DNA from: Acidimicrobiaceae bacterium
Lineage (GTDB): Bacteria > Actinomycetota > Acidimicrobiia > Acidimicrobiales > Ilumatobacteraceae
Assembly: GCA_020637235.1 (NCBI GenBank)
Contig: JACJWG010000015.1
Span: 2,557 to 66,556, forward strand
Direction of reading: 5' to 3'
DNA: 64,000 nt
Both the position numbers and the translations under genes were made by a program. How positions within the stretch are numbered: position 1 is the stretch's first letter; each line of letters starts with the position of its first letter. The notes under the pieces are model-generated. The model searched no databases. It was not told the origin of the DNA and was given only the letters and a program-made list of their open reading frames with translations. Positions 59,488 through 64,000 of this stretch are shown one piece after another.

Positions 59488-60180
59488 ATGTCCTGGCGCG
59501 TCCTCACGTGGAACCTGCGTGGCTCGCACCGCCCCGACCTCGGCGCGGTGGCGGAGGTGGTGCGCGAGCACGCGCCCGACGTGGTGGCGGTGCAGGAGAT
59601 CCGACGCGCACAGGCCGCACAGCTCGGCTCGCTGCTCGGTTGGCAGGCGCGCTGGGCCCGCAAGCACCACCCGTACACACCGCTCGTGTGGTGGCTCGCC
59701 GAAGGGCTGGCGATCCTCAGCCCGCACGCGCTGAGCCAGGTGGTGCGGCGGACGATCTCGCCCGGCGTGTCGACCTGGACGTACCGGCACCGGATCGTGC
59801 TCGCCGCCACCGTCACCCGGGGCGACGAGAGCCTCCGGGTGTACGACACGCACCTCGCCGCGCACCATCGTCCGGACGAGCGGATCGAGCAGGCGGCCCG
59901 GGTGGCGGGGTTCGTGCGCGACGACGATGCCGTGCTGCGCGTGGTGGCCGGCGACCTGAACGCACCCGGCGAGGTGGAGGTGATCCGCGAGTTCCACCCG
60001 GTCGGCCTGCGCGATCCGGGCGGCGGGCCGACCAACCCGGCGATCGCACCCCGGTCGCGGCTCGACTACGTGCTGGTGCCCGAGTCGAGCCGGGTGACGC
60101 ACCAGTGGGAGTCGCCGGGCGGCGAGTGGTGGTGGGCGATCAGCGACCACGTGCCCGTCGTCGTGGAGTTCGAGCCATGA
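59488..60180 (+). CDS. endonuclease/exonuclease/phosphatase (EEP) family protein
   Basis: MSWRVLTWNLRG, DVVAVQE, GDLNA, SDHVPV. An alternative ATG is at 59449. Confidence 0.75.
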   Translation: MSWRVLTWNLRGSHRPDLGAVAEVVREHAPDVVAVQEIRRAQAAQLGSLLGWQARWARKHHPYTPLVWWLAEGLAILSPHALSQVVRRTISPGVSTWTYRHRIVLAATVTRGDESLRVYDTHLAAHHRPDERIEQAARVAGFVRDDDAVLRVVAGDLNAPGEVEVIREFHPVGLRDPGGGPTNPAIAPRSRLDYVLVPESSRVTHQWESPGGEWWWAISDHVPVVVEFEP

Positions 60181-61025
60181 GCGACGCCGCACCACCGCCG
60201 GACGGTGAAGCCCGGGTGGTGGCGCGCACCGAACGCCCGATCACCCCGGCCGACGTGACCGCCGCGCTCCACGCCGCCGGGGTGTCGCCCGGGGATGTGG
60301 TGATCGTGCACTCGGCGATGTCGCGGCTCGGGTGGGTGGTGGGCGGTGCTCAGGGCGTGGTGTCCGGTCTGCTCGACGCGGTCGGGGCAGACGGCACGAT
60401 CGTGATGCCCGCCCAGACCGGCGTGAGCGACCCGTCCACCTGGCAGCACCCACCCGTCCCCGAGTCGTGGTGGCCGGCCATCCGCGACACCTGGCCGCCG
60501 TTCGACCCGCGACTCACGCCGATGCGCGGCATGGGCGCGGTGGTGGCGTGCTTCGCCCGCCTGCCCGGCTCGGTGCACAGCGGGCACCCAGCGGTCGGGT
60601 TCGTCGCCCACGGCCCACTCGCCGAGGGGCTGATGCACCCGCACACCCTGGAGGCCGGGCTCGGCGACGACGGCCCGCTCGGCCGGCTCGAGGCAGCGGG
60701 CGCCCGGATCGTGCTGCTCGGGGTGGGGCACGAGCACGACACGTCGATGCATCTGGCCGAGCACCGCGCCGAGTGGCCGGGGAAGTCGTGGCGCACCGAC
60801 GGTGCCCCGGTGCTCGTCGACGGCCAGCGCCGTTGGGTCGAATACCGGACGCTCGATCTGGACGAGGACGACTTCCCGCTGATCGCCGCAGCCTTCGAGG
60901 CCGAAGGCGGCGAGGTGCACCGATCGCGCCTCGGCCACGGGGTGATCACCACGTGCGACCTGCGCGCGCTGGTGGGGTTCGCCGTGCCGTGGATCGCCAC
61001 CCACCGCCACACAACCCCTTCGTGA
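60177..61025 (+). CDS. aminoglycoside N(3)-acetyltransferase (AAC(3)) family protein
   Basis: The ATG overlaps the EEP stop (ATGA). 282 aa. VVIVHSAMSRLGWVVGGAQGVVSGLLDAVGADGTIVMP and TSMHLAEHRA. The stop codon lies inside the palindromic element. Confidence 0.8.
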   Translation: MSDAAPPPDGEARVVARTERPITPADVTAALHAAGVSPGDVVIVHSAMSRLGWVVGGAQGVVSGLLDAVGADGTIVMPAQTGVSDPSTWQHPPVPESWWPAIRDTWPPFDPRLTPMRGMGAVVACFARLPGSVHSGHPAVGFVAHGPLAEGLMHPHTLEAGLGDDGPLGRLEAAGARIVLLGVGHEHDTSMHLAEHRAEWPGKSWRTDGAPVLVDGQRRWVEYRTLDLDEDDFPLIAAAFEAEGGEVHRSRLGHGVITTCDLRALVGFAVPWIATHRHTTPS

Positions 61026-61114
61026 GCGCGATGCGCACCGGCAGCGCATCCGGCTCACGGACACCGTGACTTCGTGAGCGCGATGCGCACCGGCTGCGCA
61101 TTTGGCTCACGAAG
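61018..61114. repeat. second copy of the 97-nt composite palindromic element (units 61021-61059 and 61073-61111)
   Basis: Same CTTCGTGAGC...GCTCACGAAG termini, same 39+13+39 architecture, and about 85-90% identity to 4158-4254 with the loop orientation flipped. It fills a convergent gene gap. Confidence 0.85.
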
Positions 61115-61122
61115 GACATGGG

Positions 61123-62508
61123 CTAGATGCGTTCCCAGTAGCGGCGGAGCTCCCAGTCGGTGACGGTCTGGTTGAACGCCAGCCACTCGGCTTTCGCCAT
61201 CGTGAGGATGTGGTGGTGCACGTCGTCGCCGAAGCACTCGCGGGCGGCGGCCGACTGCTCCCACAGGGCGATCGCGTCGGGCAGGTTCCACGGGATCCGG
61301 TCGATCTCGGGTGCGGTGTAGCCGTTGCCGACGAACGGCTCGGGCAGCTCGAGCCGGTGGCGGATGCCGTACATCCCACCGGCGAGCTGGCCGGCGAACG
61401 CGAAGTACGAGTTCGCGTCGGCGCCGGGGATGCGGCACTCGACCCGCGTGCCCGCCCCGTGGCCCACCTTACGGAACCCCAGCGTGCGGTTGTCGATCCC
61501 CCACCCGATGCCCGTCGGCGCCCACGATCCCGGCTGGAACCGCTTGTAGCTGTTGATCGTCGGCGCCCACAGCAGGCTGAACTCGCGTGCCGTGGCGATC
61601 AGGCCGGCCAGGTAGTGCCGGAACAGCTCGCTCATCCCGTGCGGGCCGTGGTGGTCGTCGAACAGCGCGGTCCGGCCGTCGAGGCTCCACAGGCTCGAGT
61701 GGATGTGGCACGACGAGCCGGTGTCGGCGAAGTCGTACTTGGCCATGAAGCTCACCGACCGGCCGTTCAGGTGGGCGATCTCCTTCGCCGCGGTCTTGTA
61801 CACGCTGTTGCGGTCGGCCATCTCGACCGCCGTCGTGTAGTCGAGGTTGATCTCGTGCTGGCCCTTGCCGGCCTCGCCCTTCGAGAACTCCACCGGCACC
61901 CCGGCCGCTTCGAGGTTGCGGCGGATCTGGCCGAGGATGTACTCGTCCTTGGTGGTCTGCAGCACGTGGTAGTCCTCGATCCACGGCGAGTGCGGACGCA
62001 GGTCGCGATAGCCCTTCTCGTGGGCCTCGTCGTAGGTGTCCTTGAACAGGAAGAACTCGATCTCGCTCGCCACCATCGGCACGAACCCCAGCTCGGCGGC
62101 AGCCTCCACCTGGCGGCGCAGCATCGTGCGCGGCGCGACCTCGATCAGCTCGCCGGTCGTCACGTCGTACAGGTCGCAGAAGATCATCGCCGTCCGGTCG
62201 ACCCACGGGATCAGCCGCACCGTGTCCCAGTCGGCCCGGGCGAGCATGTCGCCGTACCCCTGCTCGTAGCTGGTGAACCGGTACCCGTCGACCGGGTTGT
62301 CGTCCATGTCGCAGGCGATGAGGTAGTCGCAGTTCTCGGTGCCGTCGTCGGCCACCTTGTCGAGGAAGAACCGACCCGTGGTGCGCTTGCCCACCAGGCG
62401 ACCCTGCAGGTCGGGGAACGCCATCACCACCGTGTCGACCTCGCCGCTGCGGATCAGCCCCTCCAACGCCTCGCGGGACACCTGCACTCGTGACGACTCT
62501 GCGGACAT
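61123..62508 (-). CDS. glutamine synthetase family protein (GlnA3-like gamma-glutamyl-amine ligase type)
   Basis: ATG at 62508; 461 aa. EIEFFLF, KGEAGKGQHEINL, SFMAKY, GSSCHIHSSLW, NSYKR. Confidence 0.85.
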   Translation of the reverse strand: MSAESSRVQVSREALEGLIRSGEVDTVVMAFPDLQGRLVGKRTTGRFFLDKVADDGTENCDYLIACDMDDNPVDGYRFTSYEQGYGDMLARADWDTVRLIPWVDRTAMIFCDLYDVTTGELIEVAPRTMLRRQVEAAAELGFVPMVASEIEFFLFKDTYDEAHEKGYRDLRPHSPWIEDYHVLQTTKDEYILGQIRRNLEAAGVPVEFSKGEAGKGQHEINLDYTTAVEMADRNSVYKTAAKEIAHLNGRSVSFMAKYDFADTGSSCHIHSSLWSLDGRTALFDDHHGPHGMSELFRHYLAGLIATAREFSLLWAPTINSYKRFQPGSWAPTGIGWGIDNRTLGFRKVGHGAGTRVECRIPGADANSYFAFAGQLAGGMYGIRHRLELPEPFVGNGYTAPEIDRIPWNLPDAIALWEQSAAARECFGDDVHHHILTMAKAEWLAFNQTVTDWELRRYWERI

Positions 62509-62594
62509 GGCCGACGACCGTAGCGCCTCACCACCAACGGCCCCGCACGACCATCCCCTGGAAATCACCCTTCAGGGCGAGCCCTCACGTTCCG

Positions 62595-64000
62595 ATGACA
62601 CGTCATGCTGCCAGCGGCGGAACGGGCTCGATGACTCGCGCGCCCGCGCCCGGGGTCACGAGCGAACGCCGCGCCCAGTTCGACCGCACCCAGTTCCGAG
62701 CCCGGCTCGCCGTCGTCGCCGTCCTCACCGCCGGCCTCGCGTTCCTCCCCGCCGCCGGACCGAACGGACCCACCGCCGCCGTCGTCGTCGGCATCGGGGC
62801 CGGCACCGCGCACTTCCTCGCCCGTTGGGTGACCGGTGTGCCCAACCCCACCGGCTGGCTCGACCTCATCGCGGTCGTCACCGCCACCGTGGCAGCGGCG
62901 ATCGCCCCGGACGTGTGGGCCGCGGCGCTGCTGTTCCAGATGCTCGTGCTCGGAGGGGCGGTGTCGTTCCTGCCACCGGGCTGGACCGCTTCGATGGGCG
63001 GTTGGTCGGTCATCTCGATGGCGGTCGTCTCTTGGTACGTCGAGCCGCAGCAGGCGACGTCGATGTTGGTGGTGGCCACCGTGTTCTTCCCCGTGCTGTT
63101 GAGCGGGTCGCGCCGCAAGCAGGCCCGCATCAAGCGGGCCTCGCACCGGATGGAGGCAGTCGCCGCGTCGTTGCCGATGGTGGTGTGGGAGTGGGACATC
63201 GGCCGGCACAAGATGGGCGCAGTCGTGGGACGCACGGAGGAGGTGTTCGGTCGCTCCACGGGCGAGGTGCTCGCCCGCGGGCTGATCGCCGACGTCCACC
63301 CCCACGATCGCATCGTGTTCGGTGGCACCTACGACCGGCTGGCCGACCAGCGGCCCGGTGCCGAACGGACCGAAATCGAGTACCGGTACGTGCGGCCCGA
63401 CGGCATCGAGGTGTGGCTGCGCGACCAGGCGACCGTGGCGCGCGGTATCGACGGCCCGGTGCTCCGCGGCGTGACGATCGACATCACCGAATCGCGAGCC
63501 AAGGAGCTCGACCTGCACCGCCACCGCCAGATCGTCGAGCGCATGCCAGCGGTGACGATCGTGCTCGACCACCAGCACGACACCCTGGCCAGCACCGTCG
63601 TCCAGGTGGTCGATCCGATCGGCTGGGGCCCGGGCCCCGAGGTGGTGGGCGAGGTGTTCGCGACGGCGTTCCCCGAGCTCGCCGCCCACACCGAGTTGAT
63701 CCGAGCGATCGAGGGTCTCGAACCGGGCGGCGTCGCCGAACTCGGACCGTTCGCACTCACCGGCGGCGACGGCGACCAGCGCCACGTCGAGGTGGACGCC
63801 TTCCCGCTGCCCGGCCGATCGGTGGCGCTGCTGGTGAACGACGTCACCGACCGCGAGCTCATGATGTCGCACGTGCGACACCAGGCGAGCCACGACGACC
63901 TCACCGGGCTGCTCAACCGCGCTGCGCTCCTCCAGGCTGCGGGTGACGCGCTCGCCGCCGGCCGGCACTGCACCCTGTTGCTCATCGACCTGAACGACTT
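62595..64000 (+). CDS. membrane-associated PAS/GGDEF sensor (diguanylate cyclase type), 5' part, runs off the window
   Basis: Not in the ORF track because there is no stop in the window. My translation from the ATG at 62595 gives hydrophobic N-terminal segments and PAS-like blocks (EIEYRYVRPDGIEVWLRDQATV...GVTIDITE). It then gives HQASHDDLTGLLNRAAL, the start of a GGDEF domain. Third-position GC bias is strong. Confidence 0.7.
   Translation, partial: MTRHAASGGTGSMTRAPAPGVTSERRAQFDRTQFRARLAVVAVLTAGLAFLPAAGPNGPTAAVVVGIGAGTAHFLARWVTGVPNPTGWLDLIAVVTATVAAAIAPDVWAAALLFQMLVLGGAVSFLPPGWTASMGGWSVISMAVVSWYVEPQQATSMLVVATVFFPVLLSGSRRKQARIKRASHRMEAVAASLPMVVWEWDIGRHKMGAVVGRTEEVFGRSTGEVLARGLIADVHPHDRIVFGGTYDRLADQRPGAERTEIEYRYVRPDGIEVWLRDQATVARGIDGPVLRGVTIDITESRAKELDLHRHRQIVERMPAVTIVLDHQHDTLASTVVQVVDPIGWGPGPEVVGEVFATAFPELAAHTELIRAIEGLEPGGVAELGPFALTGGDGDQRHVEVDAFPLPGRSVALLVNDVTDRELMMSHVRHQASHDDLTGLLNRAALLQAAGDALAAGRHCTLLLIDLND

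Noticed and set aside
60177-61025. AAC(3) gene as a horizontally acquired resistance island
   Set aside because: Composition and codon bias match the surroundings. It is ATGA-coupled to the upstream EEP gene, and no mobility genes flank it. Chromosomal AAC(3)-family genes of unknown substrate are common in actinobacteria.
62339-63968. ORFs 62339..63946 (+) and 62565..63968 (-) as the gene in this interval
   Set aside because: Both translate to Arg/Pro/Gly-rich sequence. The untracked third plus frame from 62595 gives TM segments, PAS-like blocks and the start of a GGDEF domain, with proper codon bias.

Overview
64-kb high-GC (about 70% by eye) chromosomal segment with Actinomycetota signatures: mycothione reductase, glnX-glnH-pknG, a DUF222/HNH '13E12-type' gene behind a LexA/Cheo box, and many 4-nt ATGA/GTGA stop-start overlaps. 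I call about 55 protein genes. I saw no rRNA, tRNA, CRISPR array, transposase or integrase. Region 0-14 kb holds metabolic and housekeeping genes: a PFOR nifJ whose 3' end, together with the next gene, is riddled with frameshifts; acyl-CoA dehydrogenase; surE; an rRNA methyltransferase; a 2OG oxygenase; a GH3 glucosidase; mtr. Region 14.2-23 kb is a seven-gene, translationally coupled signalling operon, glnX-glnH-orf-pknG-PP2C-vWA-FHA. Region 24.3-52.4 kb is one uninterrupted minus-strand block and the most unusual part of the window. In it, Pst-type phosphate ABC genes (pstC, pstA, a stalked membrane-anchored pstS, a pstB with a 222-aa N-terminal extension) are interleaved with other genes. 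These include a 969-aa secreted PstS-fold fusion protein, a five-member family of secreted proteins sharing a two-Cys N-terminal domain, and a sortase homologue lacking the catalytic His and Cys. The block also carries a third PstS-fold protein, two WxL-type proteins (1.13 kb of them is near-identical), a DUF916-type protein, coiled-coil membrane proteins and a GT2/CapD pair. An SOS-box-preceded HNH gene sits inside the block. Region 52.5-64 kb holds a TetR/P450 pair, a dehydrogenase, a ClC-like channel, a PLP decarboxylase/SDR pair, an EEP/AAC(3) pair, a GlnA-like synthetase and the 5' part of a PAS-GGDEF sensor. A 97-nt composite palindromic element occurs twice (4.2 kb and 61.0 kb). All functional calls are motif recognition by eye from the ORF translations; no database search was run.
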